A stretch of DNA of 64,000 nucleotides from an uncultured delta proteobacterium (GTDB lineage Bacteria > Desulfobacterota > Binatia > Binatales > Binataceae): the NCBI GenBank assembly GCA_963711565.1, contig CAVQEQ010000003.1, positions 1,216,001 through 1,280,000 of the forward strand. Direction: 5' to 3'. Made by a program: the position numbers and the translations under genes. Positions 1-7,922 of the stretch are shown here, piece after piece. The notes below the pieces were generated by a model, which did not search any database, was not told where the DNA came from, and was given only the letters and a program-made list of their open reading frames with translations. How positions within the stretch are numbered: position 1 is the stretch's first letter; every line of letters begins with the position of its first letter.

Positions 1-1215
1 TTCCCATGGAACCTGCTCGGTTACGCGGCGTATCGAAATCTTGAGCTGATCCAATTCGCCGAATTCACCGGCGTTTACGGCGTCTCGGCGCTGATCGTGT
101 TTTTCAACGCCGTCGTGTACGTCGTGATTTTTCGCCGCGGCGCCTATCGCCTGCAGACCGTCAGCCTGAGCGTGCTGACCGCTATGATGATCGCGCTGGT
201 CGCGTTTGGCGCGTGGCGAATCAGTAATCTGAAAGACGCGCCGGCTACGGGAAGCTTCAAGGTCGCGATGGTGCAGGGAAATATTCCGCAATCGCTCAAG
301 TGGGATCCGAAGTTCTTGCCGCAGAGTTATGGAGTTTACCAGGATGAAACCGCGGACGCGGCGAAGCGCGGCGCCGACGTGGTCGTGTGGCCCGAGGCGG
401 CGGCGGCGTTCCTGTTCCAGCCCGACGATCAATATCCCGTCGAACTCGCGGGCGACGCGGCATATCGCACCGCGCTACTCACGCTCGCGAAGGACCAGCA
501 CGAGCCGATATTGTTCGGCGCTCCCGCGCTGGCGCGCGTCGACGGGCGGCTGGGATTTTACAATCGCGCGTACCTCGTCTCGGCCAACGGCCAAGGCGAA
601 GTGGATGCGCATTACGACAAGATCGAGCTGGTGCCGTTCGGCGAGTATGTTCCCGCGCGCGCGATTCTCGGCTTCTTCGTCAACAAGATCGTGAGCGGTT
701 TCGGCGATTTGATTCCCGGAAGCGAGCAGACGCTGTTCGACCTCAAGGGCGCGAAGCTTGGAATTTTGATTTGCTACGAGAGTATCTTTCCCGATCTAAC
801 GCGGCGCGAGGTGAACGAAGGCGCCGACGTACTCGTCAACATCACCAACGACGCGTGGTACGGCGAGAGTTCGGCGCCATACCAGGTGTTGGCGATGGCG
901 GCGCTGCGCTCGGTCGAGACCAAGGTGCCGATGGTGCGGGTGGCGAATACGGGAATCAGCGCGCTGATCGAGCCGTCGGGGCTGATCACGAATCGCACGC
1001 CGCTGTTCAAGCGCGGCACGGAGATCGTGGACGTGTCCTGGCGCCCGGTGCGGACGCTCTACACGATGGTCGGCGATCTGTTCGCGGAGACATGCTTCGC
1101 GCTGACGTTGATCGGACTGATCATGGCCTGGCGATGGCCTCGTCCGGCTGCGGTTGAAGCCGTTCAATCGCGACGCGTTGCGACCAACGGCAGACCGCGG
1201 CGAAGTCATGCTTGA
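1..1215 (+). CDS. lnt: Apolipoprotein N-acyltransferase, 5'-truncated by window edge
   Basis: VQGNIPQ, WPE, YDKIELVPFGEY, ICYE, TNDAWYG and RVANTGIS motifs (Glu-Lys-Cys triad); frame open from base 1. Confidence 0.95.
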   Translation, partial: FPWNLLGYAAYRNLELIQFAEFTGVYGVSALIVFFNAVVYVVIFRRGAYRLQTVSLSVLTAMMIALVAFGAWRISNLKDAPATGSFKVAMVQGNIPQSLKWDPKFLPQSYGVYQDETADAAKRGADVVVWPEAAAAFLFQPDDQYPVELAGDAAYRTALLTLAKDQHEPILFGAPALARVDGRLGFYNRAYLVSANGQGEVDAHYDKIELVPFGEYVPARAILGFFVNKIVSGFGDLIPGSEQTLFDLKGAKLGILICYESIFPDLTRREVNEGADVLVNITNDAWYGESSAPYQVLAMAALRSVETKVPMVRVANTGISALIEPSGLITNRTPLFKRGTEIVDVSWRPVRTLYTMVGDLFAETCFALTLIGLIMAWRWPRPAAVEAVQSRRVATNGRPRRSHA

Positions 1216-1270
1216 CCCGCAGCATTACCATATAGTCAACGGTCGGCATCTTGCTCGGGGGAAAACCAGT

Positions 1271-1600
1271 ATGTGTCGCAAGATTATGCTCACGTTAATG
1301 GCAACGTGCGGTTTTTCACTTGCCATTCCGTTCCTGCCAAACGTGTCGCGAGCTGCATGCACGCGGACGGAGAAGTTAGAGTACGTGCGACAGGGCTTCG
1401 CGAAATCCGAGGTCGATCATATGTGCAGCGATGATTCTTCTGATAACGACGCCGGCTCGAATCCATTATCTGATTCGACGCAACAATCATCGACCTGCTT
1501 CACGGAGAGCGGTGTCTGTCAATTGACGACGATCGCGCCGCTCTCTTACCCATGTACGTGCATCATTGGAAATATAATCTTGCACGGCCTTAGCCAATGA
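1271..1600 (+). CDS. Small Cys-rich secreted hypothetical protein
   Basis: Signal-peptide-like N-terminus; C-terminal CFTESGVC...YPCTC motif; less GC-rich than neighbours. Confidence 0.55.
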   Translation: MCRKIMLTLMATCGFSLAIPFLPNVSRAACTRTEKLEYVRQGFAKSEVDHMCSDDSSDNDAGSNPLSDSTQQSSTCFTESGVCQLTTIAPLSYPCTCIIGNIILHGLSQ

Positions 1601-1683
1601 CGCAGCGGCCCCATTAATCCCAGCTCGGCTTCGTGACATAATACGTGAGTCGGCGCTCAACGCCGGCGTGAGGTTTGATCCAG

Positions 1684-2812
1684 ATGCTTAGCGACATGAG
1701 ACAGCAGCTTTCCGAGTTTGACGACCGCGCCGAAAAGCTCGGGAGGCGTCTTTGACGTCCCCGCACTGACCGTCCGCCAGAACCAACTCGTCGAACAATC
1801 CGCCAAGCCCGGCTTCTGGGATCGCCAGGAAACCGCGCAAGCGGCGCTCAAGGAGCAAGAGCAGATTCGCGCTCAGCTCGCGGGCTACAAGATGCTGCGC
1901 GACAAGCTCGACGAGGCGCGCGTGTTCCTGCAGATGGCCGAGGAAGAAACGGGCGAGGATTCCGAGGCGGCGCGCGAGACCGCATCGGCGCTGGACGCGT
2001 CGCGGACCGAGCTCGAGCGGCAGGAACTGCGGCTGATGCTCAGCGGCGAGTACGATCGGCTCGGCGCAATCCTTTCGATACATCCTGGCGCCGGCGGGCA
2101 GGAGGCGCAGGACTGGGCCGAGATGCTGCTGCGGCTTTATATGCGATGGGCAGAGCGGCGCGGCTTCAAAACTGAGATTGCCGACCTGCAACCGGGCGAC
2201 GGCGCGGGAATCAAGAGCGCGACCGTCACGGTCGAAGGTGATTTTGCCTATGGATATTTGCGCGCCGAGGCGGGGATACATCGGCTGGTGCGAATCTCGC
2301 CGTACGACTCGAACGCGCGGCGGCATACGTCGTTCGCGTCGGTATTCGTTTTTCCCGAGGTTGACGACACGATCGAGATTGTAATCAATCCGGCGGATTT
2401 GCGGATCGACACGTTTCGCGCGTCAGGCGCGGGCGGCCAGCACGTCAACAAGACCGACTCGGCCGTGCGCTTCACGCATATCCCGACCAATATCGTCGTG
2501 ACCTGCCAGAACGAACGCTCGCAGCACAAGAATCGCGCGATGGCGATGAAGATATTGCGCGCGCGGCTGTTCGAGCTCGAGCAGCGCAAGAAAAAAGAAG
2601 AACTCGAGAAGTTCAGCAAAGACAAAAAAGAGATCGCGTGGGGCAGCCAGATTCGCTCTTACGTGCTGCAGCCCTACCAGATGGTCAAGGACCATCGCAC
2701 GGGCGTCGAGGTCGGCAACACCAGCGCGGTGCTCGACGGCGCGATCGACGAGTTCATCCAGGCCTACCTGATGGGCGTGCGCAAAGGCGACGCCGACTCG
2801 GTGCCGAATTAA
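1684..2812 (+). CDS. prfB: Peptide chain release factor 2 with programmed +1 frameshift
   Basis: ATG 1684 gives MLSDMRQQLSEFDDRAEKLGRRL, then CTT TGA C at 1750-1756; the +1 frame continues with HRLVRISPY and GGQ motifs. Confidence 0.97.
1741..1756 (+). promoter_or_regulatory. RF2 autoregulatory frameshift site (internal SD GGGAGG + CTT TGA C)
   Basis: Canonical prfB signal read directly: gggaggcgtctttgac. Confidence 0.95.
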
Positions 2813-2813
2813 A

Positions 2814-2873
2814 ATGTGGAACCCGCGGTGGGTTCCACACCTCCTTCGGCAGGGGTGACCCCTGCACCCAGTG
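2814..2873. repeat. REP-like double hairpin, family A copy 1
   Basis: gtggaaccc-gcggt-gggttccac hairpin followed by tcggcaggggtgacccctgcacccagtg, which recurs at 3735 and 61911. Confidence 0.8.
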
Positions 2874-3015
2874 AAAAGAGAGGTGCCGGGCTTCCGCCGC
2901 TGTTAGAACTGGTCGAGGGGCGGAAGCGTTTTCATGTTGCGTCGCGTGGCCGACTGATCCAAGTTGCAATATGAAACGGACGCTTCTTTTCGACTAATCG
3001 TACAAGGAGTCTCGA

Positions 3016-3735
3016 ATGATCGATTTATATTTCTGGCCCACGCCCAACGGCTACAAGATCACCTGGATGCTCGAGGAACTCGGCCTCAAGTACAATGTGA
3101 TCCCGGTCAATATCGGCGCGGGCGATCAGTTCAAGCCCGAGTTTCTGAAAATCAGTCCGAACAACCGGATGCCCGCGATCATCGATCCTGACGGTCCCGA
3201 TGGAAAGCCGATTTCGATGTTCGAGTCGGGCGCGATCCTTATGTACCTCGCGGAGAAGACCGGCAAGCTGATGCCGTCGGACACGCGCGGAAAGTACAAT
3301 GTGATCCAGTGGCTGATGTTCCAGATGGCGAGCGTCGGGCCGATGCTCGGCCAGGCGCATCATTTTCGCCGTTACGCGCCCGAGAAAATCGAATATGCGA
3401 TCAACCGCTACACCAATGAGGCGAAGCGCATCTACGGCGTGATCGACAAGCGCCTCGGCGAAGCGAAGTACCTCGCCGGCGATTACTCGATCGCGGACAT
3501 CGCAACCTACCCGTGGCTGGTGCCGCATTCGATGCAAGGGCAAGCGCTCGAAGATTTTCCGAACCTGAAGAAGTGGTACGACGAGTTGCGCGCACGACCG
3601 GCGACTCAGCGCGGGTTTGCGGTGATGGGCGAGATCGTCGCGAAGATGCGCGCGGCCGCGGCGGCAAATCAACCGCCGCAGGATCCGAAGTCGTGGGAGA
3701 TACTGTTCGGGAACAAGCAGTTCGAGAAGCGCTAG
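3016..3735 (+). CDS. Glutathione S-transferase (YfcG-like disulfide reductase)
   Basis: TPNG motif, SPNNRMPAI, FESGAIL; AGGAG RBS. Confidence 0.92.
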   Translation: MIDLYFWPTPNGYKITWMLEELGLKYNVIPVNIGAGDQFKPEFLKISPNNRMPAIIDPDGPDGKPISMFESGAILMYLAEKTGKLMPSDTRGKYNVIQWLMFQMASVGPMLGQAHHFRRYAPEKIEYAINRYTNEAKRIYGVIDKRLGEAKYLAGDYSIADIATYPWLVPHSMQGQALEDFPNLKKWYDELRARPATQRGFAVMGEIVAKMRAAAAANQPPQDPKSWEILFGNKQFEKR

Positions 3736-3759
3736 CAGGGGTGACACCTGCACCCAGTG
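3735..3759. repeat. REP-like family A copy 2
   Basis: gcaggggtgacacctgcacccagtg, one mismatch to copy 1, between convergent genes. Confidence 0.75.
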
Positions 3760-4689
3760 TTAAGAAACGATACGGGGTTTTGGGCTACCGTCGAGCAACC
3801 GCAACAATGCGTAAATCGTTTCGACTGCCGGAACACTGAGGTTGTGGCGGCGGGCGGCGCGCACTACCGCGCCGCTGAGCGCTTCATATTCGAGAGCTTT
3901 GCCGCGTTCGAGGTCTTGTTGAGTCGAGGTCTTTAGCGCACGCAGATTCTTCTGCGAGTGCGCGATGTAAGCGTCGATGCGGTCGTCGGCAATCTTTGCG
4001 CCCTCGGCGCGCGCTACCTCGACGATTTCCTGCATCAGGGTGCGCAGAAGCCTCAGCCCTTCAGGGTCGTCGAGGATTTCACCGACGCGACGGCGGGTCA
4101 GCGTTGCGACCGTGTTAACGGCGCCATTCCAGATCAGCTTGTCCCATCGCAAGGTCATGATCTCGGCTGAGACCTGGCCCAGAATTCCCGCGCGTAGAAA
4201 TACTTCGGCGATTTTTCTTGCGCGCTCCGTGTCGCGGCCGTCGAGTTCGCCGAAGTCGATGTGGCCGGTGCTGAGATGAGCGATCTTTCCCGGCGCGACC
4301 ATCTCGACTCCCACGCGCGCGTTGCCGCCCATGACGGCTTCGCTGCCGAAGATCGCGGCGAGCTTCGTCTCGTTCTCGACGCCGTTCTGAAGTGTGAGAA
4401 TCGCGCCGCCGGGCTTGAGGCATCCCGAGATAGCTTGCGCCGCGGCGTCGGTGTCGTAGGCCTTCACACAGAAAAGGATCAGATCGTACGAGGCGAAATC
4501 GCGCGGCGTGTCGGTCGCGGTGACCTCGATTCGCAAGTCGCCGCGGATGCTCGTGATGTCGAGGCCGTGCTCGCGGATCGCGCGCAGATTTTCGCCGCGC
4601 GCGCACAATATGACGTCCTCGCCCGACGCGCGCAGCCGCGCCCCGAAGTAAGCGCCCACCGCGCCCGCACCCATCACCAAGATTTTCAT
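3760..4689 (-). CDS. panE: 2-dehydropantoate 2-reductase (ApbA/PanE family)
   Basis: GAGAVG Rossmann motif, VKAYD, LQNG, WDKLIWN, STQQD...E. Confidence 0.88.
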   Translation of the reverse strand: MKILVMGAGAVGAYFGARLRASGEDVILCARGENLRAIREHGLDITSIRGDLRIEVTATDTPRDFASYDLILFCVKAYDTDAAAQAISGCLKPGGAILTLQNGVENETKLAAIFGSEAVMGGNARVGVEMVAPGKIAHLSTGHIDFGELDGRDTERARKIAEVFLRAGILGQVSAEIMTLRWDKLIWNGAVNTVATLTRRRVGEILDDPEGLRLLRTLMQEIVEVARAEGAKIADDRIDAYIAHSQKNLRALKTSTQQDLERGKALEYEALSGAVVRAARRHNLSVPAVETIYALLRLLDGSPKPRIVS

Positions 4690-4752
4690 TTCTTTCCTTT
4701 TTTCACTCGCCTATCGTAGCGCCGCCGCGATCTGTTGTAATCAACCTCGGTC

Positions 4753-5532
4753 ATGATGGAATCGGCGAGCGAAACCAGTCTGCCAAGCGTGCGCGAAATC
4801 CTGTTCGAAGCCGTGCTGGCAGCCGCGACGCTGACACTGTGGCCGATCCTCGACGAAAGATCGCAGGGCACGGCCGCGCAGCGAGCGCGCGCGATGGTCT
4901 ATTTTCCGATCGTTGGATTTGTCCTCGGAGTCATCCTCGCAATTGTCGATCGAACCGCCGGTTTCGTCGGCGGACCCGTGGGACGCTCGTTCATCGTGCT
5001 GATCGTCGGAGCGGCACTGTCGCTGGGCCTGGCAAATCGCGGAGCGGCGGACACGGCCGAGGTGCTTCGACGAGGAACGAGGCCAGCCTCGACCGGGCTG
5101 GCGCGAATCGGACCGGCGGGTGCAGGCGCGGCAATCGTCGCGTTCGCATTCGAGGTTTGGTGCCTGTCGCGAATCACAGACGACGCGGGACGGGCGGGCG
5201 CCCTGGTGATGGCGATGATGCTGTCGCGATGGTCGATCATTCCAATCGGCTACGGGCTGAAGCCGCTGGAGCATTGGGGGCTCGGCATCCCGTACGAAGG
5301 CGGCATTTCGTTTCGCGAGTTCGCCGTGTCGAGCGTGGTTGCACTGGGACTCACGATGGGGCTGTATCAAAACGTCGGGCTAGCGGTGATCATCGCGTTG
5401 GCGCTGACGATTCTCGCGATGCGGCTGGTGCTTAGCCGCCGAATGGGCGGCGCGTCGGGCTACATGCTGGCGGGCGGATGCGCGCTCGCGGAAATAGTTA
5501 CGTTCGCGATGCTGGCCGCGATCCGTGCTTAG
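4753..5532 (+). CDS. CobS-like membrane protein (divergent)
   Basis: YFPIVG, GAADTAE, RIGPAG, GGASGYMLAG resemble CobS blocks, but several conserved acidic/His residues are replaced. Confidence 0.65.
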   Translation: MMESASETSLPSVREILFEAVLAAATLTLWPILDERSQGTAAQRARAMVYFPIVGFVLGVILAIVDRTAGFVGGPVGRSFIVLIVGAALSLGLANRGAADTAEVLRRGTRPASTGLARIGPAGAGAAIVAFAFEVWCLSRITDDAGRAGALVMAMMLSRWSIIPIGYGLKPLEHWGLGIPYEGGISFREFAVSSVVALGLTMGLYQNVGLAVIIALALTILAMRLVLSRRMGGASGYMLAGGCALAEIVTFAMLAAIRA

Positions 5533-6134
5533 CCGTTGCGCTTGAGCGCTTCAGCCCAAACCTCTTTGAGAAGTTCGTGCAACTCTTCGATCGAGCCGTT
5601 GTTCTCGATTATCAGCGTTGCTTGCTTCCCGCGCTCTTCGTCGGAAAGTTGTGCACGGATTCGCGCTTCGGTTTCGGAGGGTTTTAGTCCGCGCTGGCTC
5701 TCGATGCGAGCGACCACTTGTTCGCGCGGTGCGCGCACGAGCCAGATTTCGTCGAACAGCGGCTGCCAGTTGGCTTCGATCAAAATCGCGGCCTCGACGA
5801 CAATGGGCAGTTTCGCGCCGCTCGCGCGCAAATCGGCAACGTTGCGGCGGATGCTCTCAAACGTCGCGGGCCATACGATCGACGTCAGCTTGTTCAGTTG
5901 CTCGGGCTTTCCAAACACGATCGCACCGAGTTTCTTGCGATCGATCGTGCGATCGGCGGCGACGATATCCGCGCCGAAGGCCGCGATGACGGCGTCGTAG
6001 GCGGGACCGCCGGGCGCGTAAGTCGTGTGCGCGACCTTGTCGGCGTCGAGGATCGGCGCGCCGAATTCGCCGATGATTTGCGTAACGGTGCTCTTGCCCG
6101 AACCGATTCCACCCGTGAGTCCAATTGTAAGCAT
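5529..6134 (-). CDS. coaE: Dephospho-CoA kinase
   Basis: IGLTGGIGSGKST, DADKVA, IDRKKLG motifs. Confidence 0.95.
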   Translation of the reverse strand: MLTIGLTGGIGSGKSTVTQIIGEFGAPILDADKVAHTTYAPGGPAYDAVIAAFGADIVAADRTIDRKKLGAIVFGKPEQLNKLTSIVWPATFESIRRNVADLRASGAKLPIVVEAAILIEANWQPLFDEIWLVRAPREQVVARIESQRGLKPSETEARIRAQLSDEERGKQATLIIENNGSIEELHELLKEVWAEALKRNG

Positions 6135-6143
6135 TTGAAATCT

Positions 6144-7922
6144 CTAGCCCGCGGCTTCGCGGCTCCACGCCTGGATATTGTAGAGGTAGCTGAAGAAGCC
6201 GCCGCGAGCCAGCAACTCGTCGAACGATCCATGCTCGACGATCGCGCCGTCGCGCAGTACGAGGATTCGATCGGCGTTCTGAATCGTCGAGAGCCGATGC
6301 GCGATCACCATCGTCGTCCGCCCGCGCATCGCCTCGCGCACGGCGGCCAGCACCATCGATTCAGTCTCGGCGTCGAGCGCGCTGGTCGGCTCGTCCATAA
6401 TCAGAATCGGCGCGTCCTTCAGCAGCGCGCGCGCGATCGTCACGCGCTGCGCTTCGCCTTCGGAAAGACTGTGACCGCCCTGCCCTATCACTTCGTCCAG
6501 GCCAGCCGGCAACTTGGCGAGCACCGGACCGAGGCGGGCCATCTCGATCGCGCGGAGGACTTTCGCGTCGTCAGCCGCGGGTTTTCCGAATGAGACGTTG
6601 ACGCGCATCGTGTCGCCCAGCACGAGCGGCGGCTGCAGAACCATCGCGATATTGCCGCGCAGCGAATCGAGCGTGAGGTAGCGCGTGTCGTTACCGTCAA
6701 TCTTGATCGCGCCGTCCTGCGGCTCGTAAAAGCGCGCGAGCAAACTGGCCATCGTGGTTTTTCCGGAACCGCTTGGACCGACGATCGCGATCGTCTCGCC
6801 GGGAGAAGCCTTGAAGCTGATGCCCTTGAGGACCGTTCGACCCGGTTCGTAGCCGAAGACGACATTGTCGAATTCTATTTCGCCACGCGCGCGGCCAAGG
6901 GTCTGTGCGTTCGGACGATCCTTGATATCGGGATCTATCGCAAGCAACTCGAGGCATCGCCGAAGGCCGGCCTTGGCGCCTTCGATCTGTCCGTACGTCT
7001 GCGAGATCTGATTCACCGGCGCGTAGAGCGAGGCCAGGTAGGTCGTGAAGACGATCAGATCGCCGATGGTGAGGCGGCCGTCGAGGACGTGCTGCGCGCC
7101 GAGGTAAATAACGAGCGCGGTGCCGCACGCGATCAACACTCCGACAGCGCCGGCGTAAAGCGTTTGCAGGGTGTAGAGACGCAAGGTCGCGTCGAGGCTC
7201 GCACTGCTTGAATCGACGAACTCTCGGTACGACTCGCCCTCGCGGGTGAAAGCCTGCACGACGTGAATCGCGGCGAGTGCGCTCTGCGCGACGGTGTAGA
7301 GGCGGCTCTCCTTGATGCGCGCACCGCCGGCGATCGCGTCGATGCGGCCGCTGATCGACATGATCAGCAGAATCAGCAGCGGGATGATCGCGAGCGCGAC
7401 CAGCGTCAATGTCGCGTCCATTTTGATCATCACGACGAACATCCCGCCGAGCAGAATCAACGACGACAAGACCGGGAAGAAACCGTTCATCGCGATCGTT
7501 TGAATCGAGTAGGTGTCGTAGGTGATGCGCACCATCAGGTCGCCGACTTCGCGGCGGCGATGGAACGAGAGCGAAAGGCGCTGCAGATGATCGAACAGGC
7601 GCGCGCGCAACTCGTTGACCATGCGCTGGCCGATCGAGATTGTGACGTAGTTCGTCATGACGTTGAGCAGGCCGAGCATCGCGTACAGGATGACGAGGCT
7701 GAGGCATGCGGCGATGAGCAGCTCGGCGCGCGGCATCGGCGGAATCCACGAGCTGACGAGCGGCACGCCGCGCAGCACGTTGTCGATTACGATCTTGAGT
7801 GGCCACGGCTTGAGGACTTCGGCCGCGGAAGCGAGCAGCACACCTGCGATCGCGATCGCGAGACGGCCGAGATGCGGACGCATCCGGCGAATTGCGTGGC
7901 CATAGAGTTCCAGCGTGCCCAT
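6144..7922 (-). CDS. ABC exporter, fused permease/ATPase
   Basis: N-terminal TM domain, GPSGSGKTT Walker A, LSEGEAQR signature, MDEPTSALD; ATG at 7922 overlaps the upstream stop. Confidence 0.92.
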   Translation of the reverse strand: MGTLELYGHAIRRMRPHLGRLAIAIAGVLLASAAEVLKPWPLKIVIDNVLRGVPLVSSWIPPMPRAELLIAACLSLVILYAMLGLLNVMTNYVTISIGQRMVNELRARLFDHLQRLSLSFHRRREVGDLMVRITYDTYSIQTIAMNGFFPVLSSLILLGGMFVVMIKMDATLTLVALAIIPLLILLIMSISGRIDAIAGGARIKESRLYTVAQSALAAIHVVQAFTREGESYREFVDSSSASLDATLRLYTLQTLYAGAVGVLIACGTALVIYLGAQHVLDGRLTIGDLIVFTTYLASLYAPVNQISQTYGQIEGAKAGLRRCLELLAIDPDIKDRPNAQTLGRARGEIEFDNVVFGYEPGRTVLKGISFKASPGETIAIVGPSGSGKTTMASLLARFYEPQDGAIKIDGNDTRYLTLDSLRGNIAMVLQPPLVLGDTMRVNVSFGKPAADDAKVLRAIEMARLGPVLAKLPAGLDEVIGQGGHSLSEGEAQRVTIARALLKDAPILIMDEPTSALDAETESMVLAAVREAMRGRTTMVIAHRLSTIQNADRILVLRDGAIVEHGSFDELLARGGFFSYLYNIQAWSREAAG

